Below, piece after piece: positions 51,096 to 63,490 of a DNA stretch of 64,000 nucleotides. Under the pieces are notes generated by a model. It searched no databases, was not told where the DNA came from, and saw nothing but the letters and a program-made list of their open reading frames with translations. Origin of the DNA: Chiloscyllium plagiosum (Eukaryota). Location: assembly GCF_004010195.1 (NCBI RefSeq), contig NC_057717.1, forward strand, positions 73,560,087 through 73,624,086, given 5' to 3'. Each line of letters begins with the position of its first letter. The stretch's first letter is position 1. Position numbers and translations under genes: made by a program.

Positions 51096-52579
51096 GCATT
51101 GCTCAACAGTGCTCGCTGGGCGGGCATCTGAGGTAGCTTCTGCCCCAAATGGATGTGCTGGCCTCAATCAACTCCGTTGGCGCTGGAGCATGTGGTATAC
51201 GGATCATGTGTTTGGTGGGCATACTCGGTTTTACTTGAACTTTGATCGTGGTTCAATGTTTCCCAGTAGAAAATCATCACTTGCATCATTTGCGACTGGA
51301 AATTCTTAGATGAATTCATATTGTTTGTCTGAATCATGTCGGCGATACCAGAAAGAATACATTGCAAAAGTTTAGTGTTAACCAAAAGTAAGTTAACTTC
51401 TCGATTATTTTCATTTTTGGACTGTATACCTCTTTCGTCAGACAGCTCGCCACTTATTTAATTCGTAAAACACAAGCTATTCCTATTCACGTCACTCCCA
51501 AAATTTTGCTGCCATTAATCTCTGAGCAAATTAAGCCGGTTTCTCCTTGTAGTCAGGGACTTGAATCATTAAATTTCTTGGTTTCCCGCAACGCACCCTG
51601 TTTCAGGATGGCTCAGGCCACTCACCTAATGATGCCACCTATAAAGCTGGTTACCGACATCGGACCCTTCACCTTCAAAGTAGTGGAGGTTTATAAATGG
51701 GAGATGTGCTGGGGACTATCAGGAGATGTTAGAGGAAAATCCCCATCCACTCACTCAAAGAGGATCAGTATGCCAGACATAGGTTCAGCATTCCAATTAG
51801 AATGTAAGTTATTTTTACTTGACAGCATTGTTTCTATAACTTTTACAAATATATGCCCTCGCCTTAATAGCCTTACACTGTTCCGCCTGTTCCCTTTCCT
51901 ACCCACTTACACTCAGCTTTTAGCTATTCCCAGGTTTTGGGAGTTGCATCTGCTGCACATGTATCTATCCCCCATCACATACATAATTCCTCCAACTGGC
52001 TAGTAAGGTATCGTTCCGTTTACTATTGGATTTATTCATTCATTATTTAATTAATAATGACCTAATGCAGCCATGTTTCAAATTAACCATAACACAATGA
52101 CATAGATCACTGACAATGTGTAAAGGTATACAACTAATCGAACTTGCTAATTAATTCTGATTTTGTGATTCAAGGCTAGTCCACCTGGTCCTTAACAATA
52201 ACATCTAATACAAACCTTATCTATAAATCAGAGGTGGAAACTGAACCATTGACTGAGGCATTTTAAAAGTTATCAATATAAACTGGAAATGCATTTATTC
52301 AAAAACCAATTTTAAAATGTAAAATGTACAGTTTCCAACTCTGAATTCCATTATAATTACCTGGCGTTAGTTCAATAATTTAAATCCCAGTTGAGGTTCC
52401 TTTAGCGGTTCTGACCAGTCATTGTTTATTTCCAACCTTATAGGTTGTGAAATCACTACAACTGCATTACAAAAATTTGTCTAATCCATGGTAACAATAT
52501 ATTTTGAATGCACAAGTCCAACGATACAGATATAAACAATAGTATCTTAATTTTTGTTGCATGATTTTTCACAACATAA

Positions 52580-52840
52580 TTAGATTAGATTACATTACAG
52601 TGTGGAAACAGGCCCTTCAGCCCAACAAGTCCACACCGACCCACCCATGTACCCCTTGCCTGACACTACGGGTAATTTAGCATGGCTAATTCACCTGACC
52701 TGCACATCTTTGGACTGTGGGAGGAAACCCACGCAGACAACATGCAAACTGCACACAGTCAGTCGCCTGAGGCGGGAATTGAACGCGGGTCTCCGGCACT
52801 GGGAGGCAGCAGTGCTAACCACTGTGCCACCGTGCCGCCC
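52580..52840 (-). mobile_element. HE1-type SINE
   Basis: GGGCGGCACGGTGGCACAGTGGTTAGC 5' end on the minus strand, (CTAAT)n tail. Confidence 0.9.
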
Positions 52841-53684
52841 ACGGTGTTGGACTGAAACTTCAATTCTTAGTGTGAAAGTGAAATTGATATTGAATAAAGC
52901 TATGACTGGCATTCCATAATCACCAATGAGATGCAGCAGTCTTAAAATTAAGTGTAAACAAACGAGTCCGAAATAAATAAATTTATTCTGCTAGTATCAT
53001 TTTCAGAAAATAACATTGTTGGTTCGGGATACTTTGTACCTATCTTTATACTTCCATTTTACAATATTTAACTAAAATTACATGAAGTTCACGTAATTTC
53101 TCCATTCAATGAGCAAATGTTAAATCTGAGGTGACTTTCCTCAATGTTGTTTTTAGATTATTTTTAAGAAAGGAGCAGATACCTGCTGAATTCTAGATTT
53201 ACAGTGTTTTTGCTTTTAATTTCTTTAGTCAATTCTTAGATTAGTCCTACACCTGGGGGTGAAATTAAGGGGCATTGTACAGCCGGATTATACATTTGTC
53301 AAATTGTAATGCCGCCTTCCATCATATTCGAATTTAAATAAAATTTGCTTTCATGTAAGCATAAAATGTGAGAATTTAGAAATTGACAATAGGACAGTCA
53401 TGGTCTGCAAGAAGAACTGGTGGATTAATATCTCATTAATAATACTTTTTTAATGAAACTACACTCCATAATCTCTCATGGTTGCTGAAACTTTAAAAGA
53501 AATCATCTTAAATTCCGAAAGTGCGATTTGAACTCCAAACAGTCCCTTATCTCGACCTCCAGTGAACAAAACACAAACATTCAATCACCAATAAGCAGAT
53601 GTGCACTCAAACCAGACCACAAGCAGTTAATCTTTCTGCAAGCTTCAGTGAACCAGTGCTGTGTCGGTCTCTCTGTCTATGTCT

Positions 53685-53685
<1 letters not shown>

Positions 53686-53758
<73 letters not shown>
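53686..53758. repeat. (CA)n microsatellite
   Basis: Perfect dinucleotide run of about 36 units. Confidence 0.98.
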
Positions 53759-53762
<4 letters not shown>

Positions 53763-55254
53763 TTTTCCAACCTTCTTCCTATCTCAGTTTTTAGGTTTTG
53801 TTTGTTCATAGCTTGTGAGGGTAATGAGACATTCACACCCCAGCAAAGTCAAACTTAGGGAGTTTAGCCTTATAAATCTTGCTGCAACACATAGCTGCTT
53901 AACCAAGTGGGCAAAAGCTTAATCCCCCTCAGCCATTCCATTTGCAATTTTAACAATATTTTCAAGGCATGTTGTTCGTAACTTGCATTAGTCCACCAAC
54001 CGGGGAAATACAACAGAGTCTTTAATAGTTGTCCAATATGTCCTGCATGCCAAATTCTTTAAAGTTTGGACATCCAAAAGCAAGCAACTATATTTACTGC
54101 AGGATTATACTAGCCAAATAAAAATAAGTTCAGACACTTTCATGGATCGAGGCATCTTTAAGCATGCCACGGACCTTAAAGTGGGTCCAGGGTTTAACAA
54201 ATAGGGTTTTATCTGTCTTAACTCTGGGGCAAGCAAGTTGTTTGGTACTACATTTGTAAATCGTATAATGCCTTCACCATCCATCTCGACACTAGGACCC
54301 CGTTGAGAACTCACACTAGTATCTTGTGGCTGATTAGTGCGAATTGCATCAGCATTTCTAACAGCTTTTTGTCCCTGGCCAGTTTTCCTTTTCTTTCGAA
54401 CATGACAAAAGCAGCAACCACTTTCTATATTTCACCTCTCAAACAATATTGACTGGGAACCACGCAGGACCAGGGTATCTCCTACCTTAATCTTGATCCA
54501 AACACATTTCCCACGGCACTTCAGTGTGTCCTTCAAGACAGCAAACAGACTCTGGCCACTCTGGCGAGAGAAGATTTGCTTGCCCGCGGGGGCAGCCTTT
54601 TTGCCGGGTGTTTGGAACTCACCACTCCCATTGCAATGTTGCCAGTCCATTGCGCAAGTCTATAACCTGTAAAATAAAATGAACACACCACACAAAGACA
54701 AACAGGCGCGGGAGCAACTGGCAATAACTCAAGGTCACCTGAATTTAGAAATCATTGTTGCCGAATTCTGTCTTGCCACAGCGTCTTTCCCTTTAGATCA
54801 TCGTGTTAGCTCAGGTCGACTTCTAATGCTGCCTGCAACCCCACGTCTGTGGTCTTTCTGGATGCCGTCTTGCAACATCATCTTTCCCTCTTTTCCTTAA
54901 AAAGGTGTCCGCATGTTAATTCAAGGACACAACACGCAGCCGGCCAATATTTTAACTCGGTCATTCCCCTCCTTTTTATCTAAAACAAAAACAAAATCAA
55001 AACAAGGAAAATCAAAACCGACATAAAACGCCAAACAAACTCGTGCCAATAAAATTCACAGCAGGCACAGGGCATTCTTCATATGCAGGCCCAAGGGGAA
55101 ACTTAATCAAGCAGATTCGGCGAGGACCTGGTAAAATAGTAGAACTGCACGCAATATTCCAAGTGTGGCCTATGCAAAATTTTGTAAAGTTGCAGCATAA
55201 TTTATCTATCTTTACACCCATTGCATCTTCCAATGAAGGCAAGCATATGTATGA

Positions 55255-55392
55255 TTCCTCTGATTCCTGAAAAAGGACTTATGCCCGAAATATCGATTCT
55301 CCTACTCCTTGGATGCTGCCTGACCTGCTGCTCTTTTCCAGCAACACATTTTTCAGCTCTGATCTCCAGCATCTGCAATCTTCACTTTCTCC
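55255..55392 (+). mobile_element. Solo Penelope terminal repeat
   Basis: Matches the reverse complement of 4237-4365. Confidence 0.8.
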
Positions 55393-56442
55393 AAGCATTT
55401 GATCGGCCTATCTTAATATTTGGCTGCTACCTTCAGTTATCTGCGAATGAGCAACCCTGATCCTTAGTGTTCTGCCATTCACTGTATAATTTCAAATTTG
55501 CTTGGCTTTTCAAAATATTTAACGTCTCATTTTTCTGGATTAAATTGCGTCGGACATTTTTCTGTCCATACCTCCAAATGATCTATATAGTACGGTATCC
55601 TTTGTATCACTATCGGCTATGCACCAGTGACTCATATCGTCCACACACTTACAAATTCGATCATCTAAGATTTCCTCTAAATCGTTTACGTAGATCACAA
55701 AGAGCTGAGTTCCCAGCACTGATCCCTATGGAACACTACTAGTCACAATCCTCCACATCGAAACGTATCCTTTTGACTAATTCAATTTTGAATCCATTTT
55801 GCTAGATCACCCCGATACCACGTGACTTCATATATTCTGCTACTCTGCCATGACAGCAGCAACCACTTTTACCTCATCAATCATCTTCGCCACCTCATGA
55901 AAACTCTCGATCAAATCACTGATGCACGACCTACCCTGCACAAAAGCTTATTGCTAATAAGTACATTTGCTTCTGAAGTATGTAGATCTTGTTCCTAAGA
56001 ATCTTTTCCAATAATTTACTAACACCAACGTGATACTCACAGTCCTGTAATTACCAGGATTATCCATGTTACGCTTCTTAACCAATGGAACAGTATTGTT
56101 TAATCAGCAGTCCTCTGATATCTTACCTGTAGACAAGGATGACACAAAAATGTCTGTCAGTGCACCAGCAATTTCTTCTCTTCCATCCCTTAATATTCTG
56201 GGATAGATCCCATCAGGATCCAGGGACTTACCTGCCTTAATACCTATAAAGAATCTCAACATATTTTCCTTTTTCATAGGATCATAGCTTAGTAACTCAA
56301 CACTCCACCCTCTCCACCACTCCCTTGTCTTTAGTGAATAACGACACAAAGTGTTGATTTAGGACCTCACTTACCTCTTGGGACTCGAAGCATACATTCT
56401 GTTCTTTGCCCTAGAGTGGATTATATTAGGTTCCTTATAGTT

Positions 56443-56865
56443 TAGATTCGATTCCCTTAGTGTGGAAGCATCCCTTTGGCCCAACAAGTCCATGAGGAGA
56501 AAGTGAAGTCTGCAGATGCTGGAGATCAGAGCTGAAAATGTGTTGCTGGAAAAGCGCAGCAGGTCAGGCAGAATCCAGGGAACAGGAGAATCGACGATTC
56601 GGGCATATGCCCTTCTTCAGGAACAAGTTCATACCAACCCCTGCCCAAACCCATGTCCCTCTGACAAATGCATCTCACGCTCGACGCAATTTAGCATGGC
56701 CAATCCAACTTTTTTGGATTGTGGGATGAAACCAGAGCACCCGGCAGAAACGCATGCATCCACATGGGGAATGTGCAAACTGCACACAATCACCAAGACA
56801 GGAATTGAACCTGGTTCTCCGGCTATGTGAGGCTGCAGAGCTAACCACTGAACGACCGTGCCACA
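56443..56865 (-). mobile_element. HE1-like SINE interrupted by a solo Penelope terminal repeat (56496-56622)
   Basis: SINE body on both sides of GGAGAAAGTGA..CTTCTTCAGGAA. Confidence 0.8.
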
Positions 56866-58543
56866 CGGCTACTTTTTTGTGTTTATGCGTATATAAAAAG
56901 CCGTGGGATTCTCCATAATCCTGTTTACTAACTATTTTCGATGCACTATTTTAGCTCTACTAATTCCGTGCGTAATTTCTTTCATGCTTTCAATATGTTT
57001 TTCAAGGACATCATCAGTTCTTTGTCTTACATCCAACCAGGATCGTGTTACGCTGCTTTTTAAAAAAAAAATTACACGATTTCTCACCTTGACATTTGAA
57101 GCAAGACACTCCAGACATTAGCCACATGTGGAGAATTACTGCCATGCGGTATTATCATAAACATATTAAATTATTAATAGTATTGACATTGATAGAATGA
57201 TGAACAGTAAGAGAATTTCAATGACCATTTTGTCCCAGGATAATTGACTAATTTATATGGTATTGCGACTAATATAAATGTTATTAGATACGAATATAAA
57301 TGTTCTATATTTTTGATTTTTATGAACTGCTTGAGAATTACACTGGAAATTCTTAAATTATATGCTGAATTATCTGTTAATTTCGAATTTGGCAAATGTT
57401 TGAAGTGAATGTGCTGATTCTCATGAGCATTAATATTGACTTGCTCAATGAAGGGTACCTTTGGGGGTCTTTATGCCTTATATTTATTAATGTGCACAAT
57501 TCGAGAACATCTATAATGTTGATAATCACTATCTTATTTGGCATGCTAAATTACCATTTTTTCCATTTAACTGTCATTTTCAAGATAGTACGTAGTTAAG
57601 CTGCTTCTTTTCCTTTATGCAATCGTTACATAGTAATTCCCAATCAATTGTCAATTGACATTCTGTTTAGGAGCTGCAATATCCATTTTAACATTTAATT
57701 GTGATTGCATTCAAAAGTGCATTGGCTGTCATATTCCTTTAAAAATGTCTTATAAACATATTCTCCCAAGTGATGATATCTATATAAATATAGCAATTAA
57801 GTGTAAACATGTGTGCTTGTGTATATTTTATTATATCACAATTAGCTAAGAATAAAATATACAAGAATAAAATATACAACAATTGTAAATACATTCTCTA
57901 TGTAGGTTCTATTTAATATATATATCGTGTCTGCTGATGACATTGTTAGAAGTACTTACACAGCTTGATATTGATAAGACGTTTCCACAATATATTTGAG
58001 AAAAGGTCATGGAAGCAGAAACTTTAGAGAAAAAAATTAAAAAGTACCATTAATAAGTTTGCAAATGACATCAAGGTTGGTGGTAGTGTGGACAAAGGAG
58101 AAGGTTATCAGGGAACACAGCCACATCTCGATCACCTGGGCCAATTGGCTAAGGAATTGCAGATGGAGTTTAATTTGCATGAATGCAATGTGCTGTATTT
58201 TGGTCGACCAAACCAAGCAGGACTTGCACAGTCAATGGTATGGTCCTGAGGAAGTGTTACAGAACAAATAGATCTAGACGTATAGATTTATAGCTACTTG
58301 AACGTGGAGTCACAGCCAGATAGAGTGGTGAATAGAGCTTTCAGTATGCTTGCTTTCATTGGTCAGACATTGAGAATAGAATTGTGACATCTTGTTGCAA
58401 CTGCAAAAGGCATAAGCAAGGCTACATTTGGAGTCCTGCGTGCAGTCTGGTCTACCTACTAATGAAAGTTTATTACTGAACTAGAAACAGTGCAGAAAAG
58501 ATTTACTAAGATGATGTAGGACCGAAAGCTTTGAGGTATAAAA

Positions 58544-58836
58544 GCTTCAGGTGACCGACTGTGTGGAGTTTGCACATTCTCCCCGTATCTGCGTGGGTTT
58601 CCTCCTGGTGCTCCGGTTTCCTCCCACAGTCTAAAAATGTGCTGGCTAGGGTGAGTTGGCCATGCTAAATTGCCCGTAGCGTTAGGTGTCGGGGAATGGG
58701 TCTCGGTGGGTTGCGCTTCAGCGGGTCGGAGTGGACTTGTTGGGCCGAAGGGCCTGTTTCCACACTGTAAGCAGTCTAATCTAATCTAATCTAATCTAAT
58801 CTAATCTAATCTACTCTACTCTAATCTAATCTAATC
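58544..58836 (+). mobile_element. HE1-type SINE, 5'-truncated, long (CTAAT)n tail; specific to copy 2
   Basis: Inserted in the old CR1 that is uninterrupted at ~14605 in copy 1. Confidence 0.9.
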
Positions 58837-60435
58837 TTATAATGAGAGACTGAATAGGTTGGGACGTTTTTCCTCTGGAGCGTAGGGTTGACCATATAGC
58901 GGCCTATAAAATCATAAGAAACGTAGCTAAGGTAGATATTTAACAGTTTTTACTCATGATCAGGGAGTCGAAAACTGAAAGGTAAAGGTATAAGGTGAGA
59001 AATGAGAGGTATGGAAGGGTCCAGGGTGGGCATTTGTTTTGACTCGGAGGATGGTTAGTGTATGGAACAGTCTGCCAGAAGTCGTTGAGGGGGCTAATCA
59101 AATTGCATCATTGAAGAAATATTTGGTAAGTACACGGATTACATAGGTGTGGAGGGAGATGGACAAAGTGCAGGCAAATGGGACGAGTTCAATTGTGAAA
59201 AATTCAGCAGCATGGATAAGTTCAGTTGAAAAGCTTATTTCTTTACTGTAAACTATTATGACTCTATGACTGTAATTCATGATCAGAGGTACAAAGCTGC
59301 AGTTGCAGGTGCATGGAATACACAGCAGTAGTGAAGAATGCAATGTGCAGCTTTGAAATATACGGAGGAAAATGTTGGACATGTGTGCTTCTAGGGAAAC
59401 TATACAATTAATCATTGCTTTATTCCGTTGGTGTTGCCAGAAAACCCGAGATACTAAACAATGGTAACTAATTATCAATTAGAATGAATAATTAATCGGA
59501 AAATGATGCTCCCACAATAGCTTTCAATTCTAAGATAATGGTCAGCAGCACTTTCTTTCACAAAATAAAAGCTTTAATTGAAATGAAGCTGAAAACAGTA
59601 AATGATAAATTTATGACTCTGTGTATAGTTGTTGATAAGGATTCACTAACTTATAGCCAAAAGAATCTCAAAACACAGTCAATGGAACAATCGATTGATT
59701 TTATTAAACAAGGGATGAACACAATTAATTATCTGTTATTTCACTTGCGTGCGTACTGTTTGACATAATCCAATATAACAAGCAACTGCAATTTATAATG
59801 TATTCTCTTAAATTTGCACAGTAACAAAAAGTAAACGTTCTACCTGAGCAACAAATGCAAACATCCCTGTATACAAATGCTCTTATGGTTTAATACGATC
59901 AATCAACTCATTTCTAATTCAAATTACAAATGATTGACTATTTCTAATACTGTTTAACGCAAGACTACAAGAAAAAAAACGATTATTTCCGTCCAACTAT
60001 ACAAAATAAATCAATTTTGAAACCAGTTCAAAAAGGAAAATACTGGTCGAGATTTGTTTCAGTAACTTACAAGCAAGTAGGTAAGATTCTAAACATCACA
60101 CTGTTTTAACATAATACACCTGATAATGACTTATTATAAAACATCAAACAATCAATAACGTACTAATAATCTGAGTTTTTCATGCAATGATGCGAAAAAT
60201 ATTGTCCATGAAAATTAAACAGACAACCAGCACCTATTGATAAGGTCAGGCTTGTGATACTTACTATGTCTTGAAAGAACAAGCATATGTTTAGGTTTAC
60301 CAGCTTAGCTGGAAAACTACCATTTCATGTGCACATGAACATGTACATAATTTGTGACATAGACACTAGGACAAATTTTTGATTGTTGATTTATAGAATA
60401 GCTATGTTCTTTTGGCTTGGAAAAGAAGTTGGTGA

Positions 60436-60620
60436 CCAATGAGGGACAGTTGACAGTTGATGAGGAACAAGGGCAGACCCGGGAGGGAATGGAACAGACA
60501 GTGTGCTTGCTTAGAGTGATTTTTAAAATAAATTAAAAAGGAAACTGCATGCTGATCGATTTATCTTTGCAAATAGGTGTGTAGGTGGACACTAACATGT
60601 AAACAGGAAACCCACAGATG
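60436..60620 (+). promoter_or_regulatory. Candidate proximal promoter of gene B
   Basis: Same motif set and order as 16457-16640. Confidence 0.45.
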
Positions 60621-60758
60621 GAACCAACAATTCTGTACTTTCCATCTAGCTATTTTTAATTGCAGCACAAAATTTCCACAGCTATTAACTTTATGCTACC
60701 TCAGGTTTTAGCTTCACAAGTAATTTAATTGAGCATATGTCTCGCTTCACTCATGGCA

Positions 60759-60801
60759 ATGAATATCATATCTCTCTGTACTCTTGTCAATCTTTTATCA
60801 G
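60759..60801 (+). CDS. Gene B exon 1, signal peptide (MNIISLCTLVNLLS)
   Basis: Homologous to 16792-16834; donor TCAG|GTTAGA. Confidence 0.8.
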
Positions 60802-63490
60802 GTTAGAGATTCTTTATTTCTATTTTGTGGGGTAAGAACAATGGGAAATCCTGTAAAGTGAAGCATTAAGTGGCTGTATGGTATAACGTTTGTTTTGTGG
60901 TGAGCAAGAGGCCGTTCTTACTTTGATTCTTTCGTTGCATCTTTCCATTCTTTCTTTCATATTTCCTTTCTTTCTTTTTTCTTTCTTTCATTCTTCCTTC
61001 CTCCCTGTCTTCTTTCTTTTCTTTCTTATGTCCTTTTTTCCTTCCTTTCTTCCTCCCTTTGTTCCACCCTTTGTTTCTTCCTTCCTTTCTTTGTTCCTTT
61101 CTTATTTCTCCTGCTATTCACTCAAGTTTAAACCTTAATAATTTACCAATTCTTAAATACCATTGATGGTCATTGAGGAAAAGATGGCACTTTCTCACTT
61201 ACACCATTAAACTTCTGATAGTACTTATTTCAGTTTAAGCTGACTTCTTCTAATATGCCCTGTTTTCATAGTTGTCGTCTCTCAGACAACGCCTCTGCAG
61301 ACTCCAGCATTTCAGCATGTCTCGGTTGGAAGCACTGTCAGGATGAACTGTCACACGGGCTGGTATGCAGTGGGAGGTGTTTATTGGTATAAACAGAAAG
61401 TGCGAGAAAATCTGCAACTCGTTTATATGGTGAAGAGAATCTCCTATCCAGCTGGGAGATTTTCTGGAGAATTTAATGACAATATGAATATTTATACGCT
61501 TGTGATTCACAATGTCCAGAGAAATGATTCTGGTCTGTATTCCTGTGCTGGTAGGAAATCGTACCTTAACCCCTTCAAATTCGGAAATGGGTCGAGACTG
61601 CTCATAGCAGGTAAGAACAAAGAAAGATTTACAGAATTCACTAGCAATATTCGGCAATGTTGAACAATAATTTAATTTTACCTCCCAATCTCATCAGGCT
61701 CTCCCACCATAGTTCTTTTATCCCCACCGCCGAATGAAACATTTTCTGTGGAAACTGTGCCATTGATGTGTTTAGTGAGCAACGTGATCTCTGACACCCT
61801 TCCTATCCACTGGAATATTTCCACTTGGGATTCTGAGAGTTGGACAGAATCTGTGACAGTAGACTCCGCCGGTGCAGATAATATCAGAAGTCATATCATA
61901 GTCCCAGCAGGTTGGAAAAATAGCATTGTGTGCGCTTGCTCAGTTCAACTCAACTCAACTACAAGTCGTGTCAGCGAACGTGTTTCGTATCATAGAGGTA
62001 AATATTGACTATATCGGTTCACGCTTATGTTTAATACCAACATGGATCTTTATTGTGATCAATATGATCATTAAGGTTGAACGTTCATTCTTTTCATGAA
62101 CGTTCGGGTATTTACTTCTTCCAAAACACTCAATGTTGTGCTGTTTAACATTCTTGATGTTTATCGGTTGAAGCACACCATTTCTTGTTAGTAGTAGTAT
62201 TATATTAGTATAATGTATTCAGGAGTCTGAATTTCTGCTGATTACAATAGGAAAATAATTATCTATTCATGCTTTTCTAATTTCCCACCTAATTCATTTG
62301 AGTAGTGTTCAGTATTTCATACATTTACATTAGGGAAAACATAATTTAACAAATTGGTGAATACAATTAATAAAACTTAAAAACAGCCTTCCTTAGAAGA
62401 GTCCTCCCAAATACCACTTTGATTCAATTATCAACATGTGCACCTGTTCACGCATTCCATTCTCTCAGACAGATTTAAGAGTGCTCTTTGTCCCATCTGC
62501 ATTTGGTACATCACACTCATGCCTGTTCATTGTGCTTCAAGTTTGATTAAAACTAAATTCCCCTAATTCACTCCATCACCTCTCTGCTTTGTAATTCTGT
62601 GCTTGCATTAAGTTTTAATGCTCCTGTTATCACTGTTTGACCTTATGTTCCTTTCTGGTTCTTTTTTGTCAACGCAACAACAAATCACTCTGTTCATCTA
62701 CAAGCTCAGATTCCGATTTTTCAAGATTTAATTGATCTTTGAATAAAGCATCAGCTTTTTGCCCAACAATTGTCATTCTAAATCGTAATGCAGCTGGTTA
62801 AAATATATAAATTATGACGTGTTAGTTAAGGAACGAAGTTACATTTTTAACACAGTATTTGTTCAACATAGTCACTTGCAGAGTAAAAAGTGCAAAAGAG
62901 ATGTAACCTGTACAGAATTCCGAAAATTCAGGGTAACTTGCCTTCCAAGATGTTTCAAGAAATACGAAAAGTTGTATGCAGCAAGTAATATAAAATCCAG
63001 AATGCAAACACCTAGCATAAATATTTAAATACTAAACTGCTTCATTGATAGAAGTATTGAGATATCGTTTTAAATGCTATATTACACAATCCGTTGCCGG
63101 CTTTGCTGGCAAGACTGACAGGTGCAGTCACCAATTGCTTTGAATAGTCATAGATGGGTCCCTGTGAGCTGTCTGCAAGTGGAGTATGGTTCGGTTGTGG
63201 ATAATTATTAGTATCTCTGCCTTCTTCAGAGGACGCTGGTTTTCCTTGCCTTTTAATATTTTATGGGAGTTCATCGGTACTGATTCTCCTTCTTCTGGCG
63301 TTTACTGTCTACGTGGGTTGGAGCTGCAGGAATTCTGACTCAGGTAGAAACTCTCCTTTGGTGTCATGCATTCATCTCTGTATCCCAGGCTCAGTGTATT
63401 CTAAATAAAGAGTTGACATTTTTTACACCAGGAAACTGGAACACGGCTGAGAAATCCACAGATTTTAGACCACGTGATCCAAAGCCGGAG
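60759..63490 (+). CDS. Gene B: paralog of gene A, 3'-partial (last exon expected just past the window end). join(60759..60801,61272..61610,61698..61997,63230..63343,63432..63490)
   Basis: Same exon phases and sizes (43/339/300/114/59 nt), all GT..AG, no stops; in-frame alternative ATG at 60753. About 72% aa identity to A in V (32/113 differences, counted by hand) and about 67% in C1. Confidence 0.9.
61272..61610 (+). CDS. Gene B exon 2, VJ domain
   Basis: CATAG| acceptor, GCAG|GTAAGA donor; MNC..WYKQ..DSGLYSCAGRKSYLNPFKFGNGSRLLIA. Confidence 0.95.
61698..61997 (+). CDS. Gene B exon 3, C1-set domain
   Basis: CATCAG| acceptor, AGAG|GTAAAT donor; LMCLVS..W..VCACSVQL; one codon shorter than in A. 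Confidence 0.9.
63230..63343 (+). CDS. Gene B exon 4, stalk Cys plus TM (EDAGFPCLLIFYGSSSVLILLLLAFTVYVGWSCRNSDS)
   Basis: CTTCTTCAG| acceptor, TCAG|GTAGAA donor; homologous to 19126-19239. Confidence 0.88.
63432..63490 (+). CDS. Gene B exon 5, cytoplasmic (GNWNTAEKSTDFRPRDPKPE)
   Basis: TTTTACACCAG| acceptor, GAG|GTAAGT donor. Confidence 0.85.

Larger units (their letters stand above)
44051..55130 (-). mobile_element. Degenerate class I-like (epsilon/gamma-type) endogenous retrovirus with nested insertions
   Basis: RNase H IYADSRGAFGMTNDYGALWEHR..VAGIKCSAHT..DAAAKQVA (~48170-48430); integrase PGGPFTCL..EYCL.IDVCSR and KGPFLVLLAAHIAVKV (~47480-47800); LTR-like end ..TTCCCCAACA at 44051 with TATA (44200-44209) and AATAAA (44131-44136); gag-like remnants ~53800-54950. 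Splits an older CR1. Confidence 0.75.

Noticed and set aside
53599-53858. (HT)n and (CV)n ORFs
   Set aside because: Translations of the (CA)n microsatellite.
60890-61138. Hydrophobic Phe/Leu/Ser-rich ORF (and 16922-17110)
   Set aside because: Translation of the CT-rich simple repeat in intron 1.
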